Position numbers and translations under genes: made by a program
Notes under the pieces: generated by a model
Told to the model about the DNA's origin: nothing
Seen by the model: the letters and a program-made list of their open reading frames with translations, nothing else
Database searches by the model: none
In this document: piece after piece, positions 18,150 to 28,014 of the stretch
Position numbering within the stretch: the first letter of the stretch is position 1
How the letters are laid out: each line of letters opens with the position of its first letter
Source of the DNA: a virus
Lineage: Duplodnaviria; Caudoviricetes
IMG/VR virus record: IMGVR_UViG_3300032295_002421
Location: 1-64,000 of that record
Reading direction: 5' to 3' (one strand)
Length of the DNA stretch: 64,000 bases

Positions 18150-18809
18150 ATGATAACACTAGATGAATTAGCGAACAAGCATAACACAGATAAAGGAACA
18201 AAATATGGACATGTAACGGTTCATGGATATGCTCCAATATATGAAAATTACCTATCTAAATGGAAAGATAAATCTATTAGACTTTTAGAAGTAGGAATCT
18301 GCATGGAGCATACAACAGGAGGACATTCAGTAAGAATGTGGCATGAGTATTTTAAAAATGCTTCTATCTATACTTTTGATATAGCGGATATGAAACATTT
18401 AGAAACAGAATTAGGAAATAGAGTTAAATTTTATAAAGGAGATCAGAGTGTTAGATCAGATTTTGAAAACATGTATAAAGAATTTGGTTCTGAAAACTTT
18501 GATTTTATTTTAGAAGACGGTTCACATATACACCAACATCAGATAATATCATTTGGCCATTTATTTAAATACGTTAAACCTGGAGGTTATTACATATTAG
18601 AAGATGTAACTGAAGAAGGATATCCAGTTTGCTGTATAAGAAATGATGAAACATTTAAATTCATAAAAAAATTAAAAAATGAAAATATAGTTGAATCTGA
18701 ATGGTTAACTAAAGAAGAATCAGAATATCTACAAAAAAATATTAAACAAATAGATATTCATGAAGATATACAAAACGCTTATAGAACTATAATCATACAC
18801 AAAAAATAA
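18150..18809 (+). CDS. Class I SAM-dependent (sugar O-)methyltransferase
   Basis: TDKG, LLEVG, GDQS, DFILEDGSH, KPGGYYILED. Confidence 0.8.
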   Translation: MITLDELANKHNTDKGTKYGHVTVHGYAPIYENYLSKWKDKSIRLLEVGICMEHTTGGHSVRMWHEYFKNASIYTFDIADMKHLETELGNRVKFYKGDQSVRSDFENMYKEFGSENFDFILEDGSHIHQHQIISFGHLFKYVKPGGYYILEDVTEEGYPVCCIRNDETFKFIKKLKNENIVESEWLTKEESEYLQKNIKQIDIHEDIQNAYRTIIIHKK

Positions 18810-18812
18810 TTT

Positions 18813-19613
18813 ATGAATACTAGAGAATTTAAATGTTCAAAGATACTAACTGATCTTGTAGAGAACGACGGCCTAATAGGAATTAAGACAAGCTTTGAAG
18901 ATGAAGGAGCTACATTTAATGAAACAATTAGATTAAAAGAAGTTTGCAATCAATCAAAAGTCAAACTCAATCTTAAAATAGGAGGGCCAGAAGCTATAAG
19001 AGATATGAAAGATTTATCAATTATAGGAGTGAAAGGCGTAGTTGCTCCTATGGTAGAATCAGGATTTGCATTAAAAAAGTTTGTAGACTCGATCAATAAA
19101 ACCCTCCCCCAGGATATTATATCATCATTGCAACTCTTTATTAATGTAGAAACAAAACAAGCAGTGGAAAACATAGATTCTATTCTATCTATGAAAGAAG
19201 CAGATACATTGTATGCTATTACAGTAGGTAGAGTTGATTTAGTTTCTTCAATGGGAAAAGATAGATCTTATGTAAATAGTAATGAGGTTTTTGAAATGAC
19301 AAAATCAGTATTTACTAAAGTAAAAGAAAAAGGATTAAAAGCTTGTCTAGGTGGAGCGGTATCTGTAGAGTCATTAGAGTTTCTTAAAAAACTAAATTCA
19401 GAAAGGTTATTAGATAAATTTGAAACTAGATATGCAATATTTGATCCATCAATAACGCTTAAGAATTTATCTAGGGCGCTATCTAAAGCGCAGATGTTTG
19501 AATATGAATGGTTGATGGCAAAGCATGAATATTATACTATGAATGCTAATTATGATCTCAATAGAATTAAAATGATTCAAGATAGAATTAATCAATCTAT
19601 AGACTTTAAATAA
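18813..19613 (+). CDS. HpcH/HpaI aldolase / citrate lyase family
   Basis: KIGGPEA, APMVES, NVET, VGRVDL. Confidence 0.75.
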   Translation: MNTREFKCSKILTDLVENDGLIGIKTSFEDEGATFNETIRLKEVCNQSKVKLNLKIGGPEAIRDMKDLSIIGVKGVVAPMVESGFALKKFVDSINKTLPQDIISSLQLFINVETKQAVENIDSILSMKEADTLYAITVGRVDLVSSMGKDRSYVNSNEVFEMTKSVFTKVKEKGLKACLGGAVSVESLEFLKKLNSERLLDKFETRYAIFDPSITLKNLSRALSKAQMFEYEWLMAKHEYYTMNANYDLNRIKMIQDRINQSIDFK

Positions 19614-20245
19614 TGAAAGTATTAGTTACAGGATCATCTAAAGGAATAGGAAAAAGAATAGATACCTTATTTAGTATTAATGGCCATGATGTGTATGCTC
19701 CTAATAGAGATGAACTAGATCTATCTAAAGACTTTAATTTAAACAGAACTGACTTTGATGTTGTTATAAATAATGCAGGGATAAATCCTTTGAATACTAT
19801 TAGAGACATGGACCAAGAATTGGTCATGAGAGTAAACTACTATTCTCCTTTAAAAATAATCCAGCAGTGTTTACCATATATGATAAATCAAAAGTGTGGT
19901 CATATTATAAACATAGGTTCTATATGGTCTAATATAGCAAAGGAAAAGAGAGCGGCATATTCTGCAAGTAAGTCTGCTTTAGAATCACTAGCAAGATCAA
20001 TAACATCAGAATACGGAAAGTATGGTATATTAGCAAATACAGTATCTCCTGGTTTTATTTTAACTGATCTTACAAAACAAAATAATACAGAAGATCAGAT
20101 AAAAGACTTAGAGAAAAATATACCGCTTAATAAATTAGGAACAGTTAATGATATAGCTAGTTTCGTTTATTTTTTAGCCACTCAAAATTCATACATAACA
20201 GGACAAAATATAATAATTGATGGAGGTTATTCATGCGTAGCTTAA
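19613..20245 (+). CDS. Short-chain dehydrogenase/reductase (FabG-like)
   Basis: TGSSKGIG, NNAG, YSASK, N-VSPG, ITGQ-I-IDGG. Confidence 0.92.
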   Translation: MKVLVTGSSKGIGKRIDTLFSINGHDVYAPNRDELDLSKDFNLNRTDFDVVINNAGINPLNTIRDMDQELVMRVNYYSPLKIIQQCLPYMINQKCGHIINIGSIWSNIAKEKRAAYSASKSALESLARSITSEYGKYGILANTVSPGFILTDLTKQNNTEDQIKDLEKNIPLNKLGTVNDIASFVYFLATQNSYITGQNIIIDGGYSCVA

Positions 20246-21261
20246 ATATAAAATCTAAGTTTGGACAGTACTCTGTTAAATTCTATAATCAAGTTTCTGA
20301 TATACAAGAATTTATACAGGACGGTATTGTAATTGTGGATTCTAAAGTCTATGAATTATATAAAGATTATCTTCCTGTAGATTCTATTTTATTTGATTGC
20401 ATTGAACAAAATAAAACTTTAGACGGATCTGTAACCATATTCAGAGAGTTAATAAAAAGAAAAATAAAATCTAATGGTAAAGTAATTGCTATAGGAGGAG
20501 GAATACTTCAAGATGTGGTTGGATTCGTATGTTCAACATATTGTAGAGGAATACAATATGATCTAGTTCCGACTACTCTATTATCTCAATGTGATAGTTG
20601 TATAGGCGGCAAAACATCTATAAATTTTGAATCAGTAAAAAATATATTAGGTACATTCTATCCTCCTAATAATATATTAATATGCCCAGAATTTATTAAG
20701 ACTCTTACAAATGAAGATCAATTGAGTGGAATGGGAGAGTTAATTAAATTTAACATCTTAAAAAACACAATAGGTAATATAAAAAATAATATTGATTTAA
20801 TTAGTATGATATATGATGGACTTTCATATAAAGCATCAATCATACAAATAGATGAGTTTGATAAGAAAGAAAGAAAATTTTTAAACTTTGGTCATACTTT
20901 TGGTCACGCTTTAGAATCTACTTCTGACTATAATATTCCTCATGGAACTGCAGTTTTGTTTGGTATATTAATAGCAAATAAAGTATCTAATTTTTTAGGA
21001 CTCTTAAGTTTAAATAAAGAATCAGAATTATTTGATTTAATTTACCCATATATAAAACATCAAAAAATAGAAGAGGATTGGTTTAATTTTGACAATCTTA
21101 TTTCTATTATAAAACATGACAAGAAAAATACAGGCACTATAAATATGGTTCTATTGACAGATAAAGATCCTAAAATAGTTCCTATAGAATCAGAAGAAAA
21201 ATTACAGTTAGCACTAAAAAATATTTATGCGTCTATCAGATTATGTAATAAAATATCTTAA
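20233..21261 (+). CDS. 3-dehydroquinate synthase-like sugar-phosphate cyclase
   Basis: GGGILQD, RG-PTTLLSQ-DS-IGGKT, NFGHTFGHALE, HG-AV. Confidence 0.88.
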   Translation: MRSLNIKSKFGQYSVKFYNQVSDIQEFIQDGIVIVDSKVYELYKDYLPVDSILFDCIEQNKTLDGSVTIFRELIKRKIKSNGKVIAIGGGILQDVVGFVCSTYCRGIQYDLVPTTLLSQCDSCIGGKTSINFESVKNILGTFYPPNNILICPEFIKTLTNEDQLSGMGELIKFNILKNTIGNIKNNIDLISMIYDGLSYKASIIQIDEFDKKERKFLNFGHTFGHALESTSDYNIPHGTAVLFGILIANKVSNFLGLLSLNKESELFDLIYPYIKHQKIEEDWFNFDNLISIIKHDKKNTGTINMVLLTDKDPKIVPIESEEKLQLALKNIYASIRLCNKIS

Positions 21262-22969
21262 AGATAATTACCAAGTAGATACAGTATTCACAGTCTCAGG
21301 TGGTGGTTGTATATTCTTAGTGGACTCCCTAACCAATATAGAGGGGGTTAATTATATAGCTACGCATCACGAACAAGCAGCAGCCATTGCAGCAGAAGGG
21401 TATTCTAGAATGCATAATAAATTAGGAGCGTGTGTAGTTACTAGTGGTCCTGGTGGAACTAATGCTATTACAGGTGTATTAGGAGCTTGGTTAGATTCTA
21501 TTCCTATAATAGTGATTAGCGGTCAAGTAAATAAGGAAATGACTACTAATTACAACAATCTATATAACCTAAGACAATTAGGAGATCAAGAGTTTAATAT
21601 AGTCGAGTCTGTAAAGAATATGACAAAGTATGCAGCACAAGTCAATAATCCAGAAGATATAAAATACCATTTAGATACTGCATGTAAACTAGCAACCTCA
21701 CAAAGACCAGGACCTGTATGGTTAGATATACCACTGAATGTCCAATCGACGAATATAAATCCAGATGAGTTAATAGGCAATGATTCAGTAGAAGATACAG
21801 AACAGGTTAAGTGTCCTGATAGTATATTAGATAAAGTTGCAGAAGAATTGAACAAGTCTAAAAAACCACTCTTAATAGTTGGTAATGGAGTTAGACTTTC
21901 AAGTGGTGTAGATCAACTTAAAAAGTTTATTAGTAAAATAAAAATACCTGTCATATCTTCAGTAAATGGAAATGATCTGATTAATGACGATTATGAAGGA
22001 TATGCTGGCAGATTTGGAACTCATGCACAAATATGTGCAAACAATCTTATATCTGAAGCAGACCTTATTTTATCTGTGGGTTCTAGATTATATGTAAGAC
22101 AAACAGGTTACAATTTTAAAGGGTTTGCAGAGAATGCGTGTAAGATATATGTGGATGTAGATATTAATGAACTAAATAAACCAACGTTATATCCAGATAT
22201 TGCTATACATTCAGATGCTAAGTTCTTTTTAGAACAAATGATAGATAAAGATATAAATACTATAGATAAAGAATGGTTAGATTATTGTTCTAATAAGTAT
22301 AAAGAAACACCAACTGTTTTACAAAGACATAGAAACAAGAAAGATTTTGTTAGTCACTATCATTTTGTAGAAACTTTAGGATCTCTATTAAAACCAACAG
22401 ACCATGTAGTTACAAGTGACGGTACAGCAAATGTTGCGACCATGCAAGTATTAAAACTTAAAGGAGATCAGAGACTAATAACAAATACAGGAAATGCTCC
22501 TATGGGTTATGGTCTTCCTGCGGCAATTGGTGCGGCATCAACAAAAATACCTGTAGTTTGTATAGAAGGAGATGGAAGTTTACATTTAAATGTACACGAA
22601 CTACAAACAGTTAAACATTATAATTTACCAATAAAGATAATTCTATTTAATAATGATGGATATACATCTATAAAGATATCACAAAAAGCTTTCTTTAATG
22701 GTAAGTTTGTAGCATCAGAAAAGAATAGCGGTGTTTCATTCCCTAATTTTAAAAAGCTTATTAATGCTTATGATCTTAAATATATGTCTATAGAAAATCA
22801 TAGTTTGATGAAAGATATTTTAAAACAATTTCTTTCTTTGGAAGGTCCTGCAGTATTAGAAGTGTTTACCGATCCTGAAGAATTCCACGAACCTAAAGTT
22901 GTTGCTAAGTTAGGATCCGATGGTAAATTTATTCCTGGTAATTTACAAGATATAAAATGGATACAATGA
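21227..22969 (+). CDS. ThDP-dependent enzyme, acetolactate synthase-like (YerE-type candidate)
   Basis: HHEQAAA-AAEGY, TSGPGGTN, RPGPVWLDIP, GDGS...NNDGY. Confidence 0.9.
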   Translation: MRLSDYVIKYLKDNYQVDTVFTVSGGGCIFLVDSLTNIEGVNYIATHHEQAAAIAAEGYSRMHNKLGACVVTSGPGGTNAITGVLGAWLDSIPIIVISGQVNKEMTTNYNNLYNLRQLGDQEFNIVESVKNMTKYAAQVNNPEDIKYHLDTACKLATSQRPGPVWLDIPLNVQSTNINPDELIGNDSVEDTEQVKCPDSILDKVAEELNKSKKPLLIVGNGVRLSSGVDQLKKFISKIKIPVISSVNGNDLINDDYEGYAGRFGTHAQICANNLISEADLILSVGSRLYVRQTGYNFKGFAENACKIYVDVDINELNKPTLYPDIAIHSDAKFFLEQMIDKDINTIDKEWLDYCSNKYKETPTVLQRHRNKKDFVSHYHFVETLGSLLKPTDHVVTSDGTANVATMQVLKLKGDQRLITNTGNAPMGYGLPAAIGAASTKIPVVCIEGDGSLHLNVHELQTVKHYNLPIKIILFNNDGYTSIKISQKAFFNGKFVASEKNSGVSFPNFKKLINAYDLKYMSIENHSLMKDILKQFLSLEGPAVLEVFTDPEEFHEPKVVAKLGSDGKFIPGNLQDIKWIQ

Positions 22970-23745
22970 AAATATTAATAACAGGAGCTAATGGATATAT
23001 AGGAAATTCTTTATATAGATCTTTAAAAGATTTACATGAAGTTTCTACTATAACTAGAGAAAATTGTGATTTAACAGATCAAAATAGTGTTAATTTATAT
23101 TTTAAAAATAAATGGTTTGATGTAGTTATACACTGTGCAGTATCTGGAGGTAACAGATTAAAACCAGAAAACTCTCAAGTTATAGACTCTAATCTAATGA
23201 TGTACTATAATTTATTATACAATAAAAAATGTTTTAATAAATTAATACATTTTGGATCAGGAGCTGAATTTCATAGATGGTGGACTCCATATGGTTTAAG
23301 TAAAAAATTAATAAGCTCATCAATATCTGGCCAAGATAATTTTTATAACTTAATAATATATGGATTATTTGATGAATTTGAATTAGATAGAAGATTTATT
23401 AAGTCTAATTTAAAAAGGTATATAAATAAAGAACCAATGCAAATAGATGATAATAACTATATGGATTTTTTTTATATGCAAGACTTAATACAAGTAGTAA
23501 ATTATTGCATAGAAAATGAAAGTCCTCCAAAATATATAAATTGCGTTTATAAAGAAAATTTAACCTTAAAAAATATAGCCGATTTTATAAATACCTTAAA
23601 TGATTATAAAGTAGACATAAAAATAAATGGATCGGAATTTCCAATTGAAGGGTATACTAGTTTTAATAAAGATTTAAAATTACCATTTGTAGGACTTCAA
23701 CAAGGAATAATAAACACGTATAATAAATTAAAATGGAACCAATAA
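22966..23745 (+). CDS. NAD-dependent epimerase/reductase
   Basis: Start at ATGA overlap. ILITGANGYIG, HCA, FGSGAE, YGLSK. Confidence 0.85.
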   Translation: MKILITGANGYIGNSLYRSLKDLHEVSTITRENCDLTDQNSVNLYFKNKWFDVVIHCAVSGGNRLKPENSQVIDSNLMMYYNLLYNKKCFNKLIHFGSGAEFHRWWTPYGLSKKLISSSISGQDNFYNLIIYGLFDEFELDRRFIKSNLKRYINKEPMQIDDNNYMDFFYMQDLIQVVNYCIENESPPKYINCVYKENLTLKNIADFINTLNDYKVDIKINGSEFPIEGYTSFNKDLKLPFVGLQQGIINTYNKLKWNQ

Positions 23746-25016
23746 GTTTTATAACAAACACAGGAGCTAACACTTTAGAATATACTAAATTACTATTAGA
23801 ATCTTTAAAAATTAATTTAGTTGGTAAAGAACATGAGATTATAGTTTTTATAGATAAAGATAATGATGGAACATATCAATATCTTAAAAGTATTAAAAAA
23901 GATTTTTACGATTTAAAAATAGTAACACATAAACTTAAAGGGCCAGTAGGATATCAAAGGAACTCCAATCTTCTTGTTGATATAGCTAAACATAATATAG
24001 TTAGTTATCTTCAAAGTGATATGGTTATATCACCAAATTATGATATAGACATACTATCTGAAATAGAAGATGATTGTATAATAAGTTCAACTAGAGTAGA
24101 ACCACCACTTCATGGTCCATCTAATGTTGTAATAATAAAAGATTTTGGCGTAGATCCTTTACAATTCAATATAGAAGATTGGAATTCATATTCTATTACT
24201 GTAAAGGAAAATAAAGTAGCTGAATACTTTTTTGCTCCATATACTTTTTATAAAAAAACATGGCAAAAGATCGGAGGCTATGATACTATATTTAGAAGAT
24301 CTAGAGAGGATTCAGATTTTGTACAAAGATGTGTTCAATCTGGAATAAAGTTAAAACAAACATTTAAACCAGTTGTTTATCATTTTACTTGTGTAAGTTC
24401 TAGAGGAAAAAATTGGTTTGATGAAAACAATAAAGAAGCAAAAGAAAGAGTAGAATTACAAAAAATTGCAGACGGAATAGAGATAAGAAGATTCTTAAAA
24501 AAATGGGGAGGTTTTAATCATGGAGAAAGTAAGTTAAAAAAATTAGATATAGATCTTGTAGTAAAAGACAATAAACAATTAAACCCAATGTTCTTAGCTC
24601 AATTAGAAGTTTATTGTTCTAGAGTATGGTTGAAATCAAAAGAAGAGGTGGATGTTTTAATTCAAATCCTAAGTAACGAACAAGATCCAGCTAATACACT
24701 TTTAGGATATACTAATGAAGGTTGGGAAGAAGCTAAACACTTATTTAGAACTACAGACTTTAAGTCTATTTATAGAGTTGGACAACCTGTAGATTTTAAT
24801 ATAAAAATAGAAGTAAACTTTGAAAATATAGATCCATCTAAAGATGAATTCATACAAAATATAACGCGTTTAAGTGACATTCTGGAAGGTTCTGAACCTG
24901 GAATATATGAACTAGGATCCGCCAAAATAGAGATCAGAAATATGGTAGATTTAACCCAGGAGCAAATTATAGTTAATAATCCAAAATTTGATTTTTCACT
25001 TTTAAATATAGAATAA
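23733..25016 (+). CDS. GT2 family glycosyltransferase with C-terminal extension
   Basis: DKDNDGT, YLQSDM, IGGYD, REDSD, VYHF-CVSSR. Confidence 0.85.
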   Translation: MEPISFITNTGANTLEYTKLLLESLKINLVGKEHEIIVFIDKDNDGTYQYLKSIKKDFYDLKIVTHKLKGPVGYQRNSNLLVDIAKHNIVSYLQSDMVISPNYDIDILSEIEDDCIISSTRVEPPLHGPSNVVIIKDFGVDPLQFNIEDWNSYSITVKENKVAEYFFAPYTFYKKTWQKIGGYDTIFRRSREDSDFVQRCVQSGIKLKQTFKPVVYHFTCVSSRGKNWFDENNKEAKERVELQKIADGIEIRRFLKKWGGFNHGESKLKKLDIDLVVKDNKQLNPMFLAQLEVYCSRVWLKSKEEVDVLIQILSNEQDPANTLLGYTNEGWEEAKHLFRTTDFKSIYRVGQPVDFNIKIEVNFENIDPSKDEFIQNITRLSDILEGSEPGIYELGSAKIEIRNMVDLTQEQIIVNNPKFDFSLLNIE

Positions 25017-25618
25017 TGACAGCAAAATATTCAGTAGATTGGTTTAGTAATAATATTCCTATATGGGATCAGATATTTACGGAATTTAAGATTAAAGGTT
25101 CTGATAATTTAAGATTTTTAGAAATAGGATGTTTTGAAGGTAGATCAACAAATTATTTACTAGATAATATTTTAACAGGAAATAATTGTACTATAGACGT
25201 AATTGATACATTTGGAGGATCTATTAATGAAGCGGGTATGAATTTTGATGTATCTTTTAATTTTAGTACTTTATATGAAACATTTGTTAAAAATACAGAA
25301 CCTCATAAAGAAAAAATCAATATTCATGTTGGATATTCTGGAGATGTTTTAAGAAAATCTTTCAAGAAAAATTATTTTGATTTTATATACATAGATGGAT
25401 CTCATACAGCCCCGGATGTATTACAAGATGCTGTGCTTTGTCATGATTTATTAAAGTCAAAAGGTATTTTAATATTCGATGATTTTGGATGGAAAGATCC
25501 TAGTAATCTTGATCCAACAAATAGTCCGGAATTAGCAATTGCTTGTTTTTTAAATTGTCATAATAATAACTATGGTATGATAACCCAAGGGTATCAAATA
25601 GCAGTTATGAAAAAATAA
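25016..25618 (+). CDS. Class I SAM-dependent methyltransferase (Methyltransf_24-like)
   Basis: LEIGCFEGRS, YIDGSH, GILIFDDF. Confidence 0.88.
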   Translation: MTAKYSVDWFSNNIPIWDQIFTEFKIKGSDNLRFLEIGCFEGRSTNYLLDNILTGNNCTIDVIDTFGGSINEAGMNFDVSFNFSTLYETFVKNTEPHKEKINIHVGYSGDVLRKSFKKNYFDFIYIDGSHTAPDVLQDAVLCHDLLKSKGILIFDDFGWKDPSNLDPTNSPELAIACFLNCHNNNYGMITQGYQIAVMKK

Positions 25619-25629
25619 AAAATTGTAAG

Positions 25630-25637
25630 ATATTTAT
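25630..25637 (+). promoter_or_regulatory. Candidate phage late-promoter motif ATATTTAT
   Basis: Lies 10 nt before ATG 25648; the same 8-mer precedes several other core/virion genes (see findings). Confidence 0.45.
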
Positions 25638-25647
25638 ATAAAAAACA

Positions 25648-25962
25648 ATGGCAAAAGCGGCTAATCCATTATTTAATATAACTGTAGCAGGAAAGAAATA
25701 TAAACTCAGGTTTGATGTCAATGATAATCCAACTAAACTTGGAGTTAAAATGCAGTTTGTAATTGACCAAGAATTTGAAGATCCTAGAGACAAACAAATG
25801 TTGGCTAATGAAATTAGTGTAGCACTGCAAAAGAAACTTGGGGCTTCTGGGGTTATGGTTGATTATGATGATCGTAATCCATACAAAAACGTAATAGGCT
25901 TTATAGTGCCTTTAAATTCTGTGGCTATGTTATTAATTAAAGCCATGAAAGGAGGAGCATAA
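25648..25962 (+). CDS. Hypothetical protein
   Basis: 104-aa ORF with a clean start context. Confidence 0.75.
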   Translation: MAKAANPLFNITVAGKKYKLRFDVNDNPTKLGVKMQFVIDQEFEDPRDKQMLANEISVALQKKLGASGVMVDYDDRNPYKNVIGFIVPLNSVAMLLIKAMKGGA

Positions 25963-25979
25963 AATAAAATAAATTAGTT

Positions 25980-26336
25980 ATGGTAAGAAGAAGAGTTGTC
26001 AGGGCTTTATTTGATAATCCTGAATACCTTACAGCAGAAGATGTTTCTCAGTCTGAAATACTTAAATCTTTATTGAAAATACATATACCTAATTCTATAG
26101 AGTATGCTATAGTTAATAAGAAGATTTATGCTTGTTTGTTTGAGATAAATGAAACTAATGAATACGTAGAGATCCATAAAAACCATTGGGTTCAGGCTTT
26201 AGAAACCTGTTTACTATGGTATATTGAAGAAGAGAATTATGAAATGTGTACTCATATTAAAAATATAATTCAATCAATTCAAGATAAGAATAAGGCCAGA
26301 AAATTTACAACTAAAACTAAAGCCAGTGGAGAATGA
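25980..26336 (+). CDS. Hypothetical protein (C-terminal UVR-like helical hairpin)
   Basis: YIEEENYEMC-IK pattern. Confidence 0.7.
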   Translation: MVRRRVVRALFDNPEYLTAEDVSQSEILKSLLKIHIPNSIEYAIVNKKIYACLFEINETNEYVEIHKNHWVQALETCLLWYIEEENYEMCTHIKNIIQSIQDKNKARKFTTKTKASGE

Positions 26337-26733
26337 TTTTAAACAAATTCAATTAGGAGTAAACTCTATAATTGGAACTAAGACTGTAATAAGAAGAAAG
26401 AAAAAGACTGAAGTAGATAAGAAAAGAGAATTGTTTTTTAACATGATGAATAGTCTAGATGAATTAAACGTCAGACAAAATATTATGTATGCGGATCTTA
26501 ACTTAGACTTTGCAGATTATGATGAGAAGTTCTTTACTGTTATAGATGCTCTTATCTATATGCACTTTGGTAAACAATGTACTGAGGTAATTAGTTTCTA
26601 TTTGTATGAAAGAGTAAATAGTGATGGTACATTAAATCCAATAATAGTTAATGACAAAGATGAATTAATACTTGAAAACCCATATGATCTTTGGCATTTA
26701 ATGTGCAAACTAAATCCTAAATTAGATGCCTAA
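26326..26733 (+). CDS. Hypothetical protein
   Basis: GTG start; coupled to both neighbours. Confidence 0.7.
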   Translation: MENDFKQIQLGVNSIIGTKTVIRRKKKTEVDKKRELFFNMMNSLDELNVRQNIMYADLNLDFADYDEKFFTVIDALIYMHFGKQCTEVISFYLYERVNSDGTLNPIIVNDKDELILENPYDLWHLMCKLNPKLDA

Positions 26734-27478
26734 AGGTTTCTTCACAAAAGAAAATATGGCTAAAGAAGCCAGACCAGATACCTGGTGGAATAAAGGACTT
26801 CAATTAACAGAAGAGCAACTTAGAGAAGCTATGGCAAATAGTCGTAGCAATAAAGAAGCTGCTAGATGGCTTGGTATTACAGATATAACATATAAGAAAT
26901 ACGCTAAGTCTTATATTGATCAAGAAACAGGAAAGACTTTATTCGAACTACATAAGAATATTCCTGGTAGAGGTGTACCTAAAAACCTTGCAGGTTCTAA
27001 ATGGAAAGTTGACTTAGATGAAATGCTTAAAGAGAGTCAACCTATTAATTCAAAGAGAATAGCAAAGCTCAAAGAAGCTTTAATGAAAGATGGTAGACTT
27101 GGATATCAATGTTCATCGTGTAAATTCTCAGAGAAAAGATTAACGGACATGAAAGCTCCACTACTACTCAGTTTTAAAAATGGAAAGAAGAGTGATTGGA
27201 GACTTGAAAATTTACAATGGCTTTGTTACAATTGTCATTTCCTTTATGTAGGAGATCCATTCTCAAATAAGATGCTACAAAAAGTAGAAGCAGTTTCTAT
27301 TGATAGTCCTGAAATAAAAGAAGAAGTACAAGAGTTATATCAACTTGATGACTTTTACTATGAACATTTAAAAAAGCTTGGACTAGAAGGAGACGGAGAC
27401 GTATTATTCAAAGATCAAGATCTTATAGACTACAAGGATCAGGATGACGGATCCGAATTTATAGACATCAGAAAGTAA
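26726..27478 (+). CDS. HTH + degenerate HNH/zinc-finger protein
   Basis: SNKEAARWLGI HTH; CSSC...LENLQWLCYNCH. The usual LDHIDG segment reads LSFKNG. Confidence 0.7.
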   Translation: MPKGFFTKENMAKEARPDTWWNKGLQLTEEQLREAMANSRSNKEAARWLGITDITYKKYAKSYIDQETGKTLFELHKNIPGRGVPKNLAGSKWKVDLDEMLKESQPINSKRIAKLKEALMKDGRLGYQCSSCKFSEKRLTDMKAPLLLSFKNGKKSDWRLENLQWLCYNCHFLYVGDPFSNKMLQKVEAVSIDSPEIKEEVQELYQLDDFYYEHLKKLGLEGDGDVLFKDQDLIDYKDQDDGSEFIDIRK

Positions 27479-27507
27479 CCATTTATATATATAGTTTCTT
27501 TATATAT

Positions 27508-27661
27508 ATAACCTATTAATTTCCAATACTTTATAACTTATTGATTTTCAATCACTTGCATAACTGATTGATTTCCAATCGACAATTTTTAAAAAAAGAC
27601 TAAAAAGATTTTTTTATGTCAAAAATATGTCGTAATTTTACTATGTATCAAATCAATAATG
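27508..27661 (+). promoter_or_regulatory. Early promoter cassette 1: three ~25-bp direct repeats + TGTCnTAATTTTA element + start codon
   Basis: Repeat units at 27508, 27533 and 27560 (ATAACTnATTGATTnTCAAT...); TAATTTTA at 27633 resembles the Bacteroidota TAnnTTTG -7 box. Confidence 0.8.
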
Positions 27662-28003
27662 AATATGGACATCAAGATCTTCGTTTTTAACTACATTACT
27701 AAAGAGACAATCATTGACAGTACGATAACTGTTCAAGGCGATTTTGCAACAGCCGAGGCTAACCACCAGGTATTTAGAGAAGTTCATCCGGACTGTCAAG
27801 TCAATTTTGTTATTGATAGTAAGAACTTTATTTTTGCTCCACCTTTAAATCAAGAAAAGGACGAGATCGCTTATGAAGAAGGTCGTATGACTTGGAACGA
27901 GTATGTGTCTAAATGGCACGGAGGTTCAGCATTAGAAAGCGATAGCGATATGCCTAGCTATGAAGATATGGCGCATGCTGCATTTTATTCTCAAAATTTA
28001 TAA
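27659..28003 (+). CDS. Hypothetical early protein
   Basis: First gene after cassette 1. Confidence 0.75.
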   Translation: MNMDIKIFVFNYITKETIIDSTITVQGDFATAEANHQVFREVHPDCQVNFVIDSKNFIFAPPLNQEKDEIAYEEGRMTWNEYVSKWHGGSALESDSDMPSYEDMAHAAFYSQNL

Positions 28004-28014
28004 AATAATAGAAT

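Noticed and set aside
2872-21855. Antisense ORFs 2872..3087, 4422..4814, 6555..6749, 11598..12149, 13620..13808, 18950..19174, 19606..19827, 21586..21855
   Set aside because: They lie wholly or largely opposite well-supported genes and have no motifs; these are typical antisense shadows of AT-rich coding DNA.
20233-22969. aroB and ilvB as amino-acid-biosynthesis auxiliary metabolic genes
   Set aside because: No other shikimate or branched-chain pathway genes and no small regulatory subunit are present; the genes are coupled to sugar enzymes.
27480-27511. (TA)n inverted repeat as a special element
   Set aside because: Low-complexity AT hairpin, at most a weak terminator; not distinguishable from chance.
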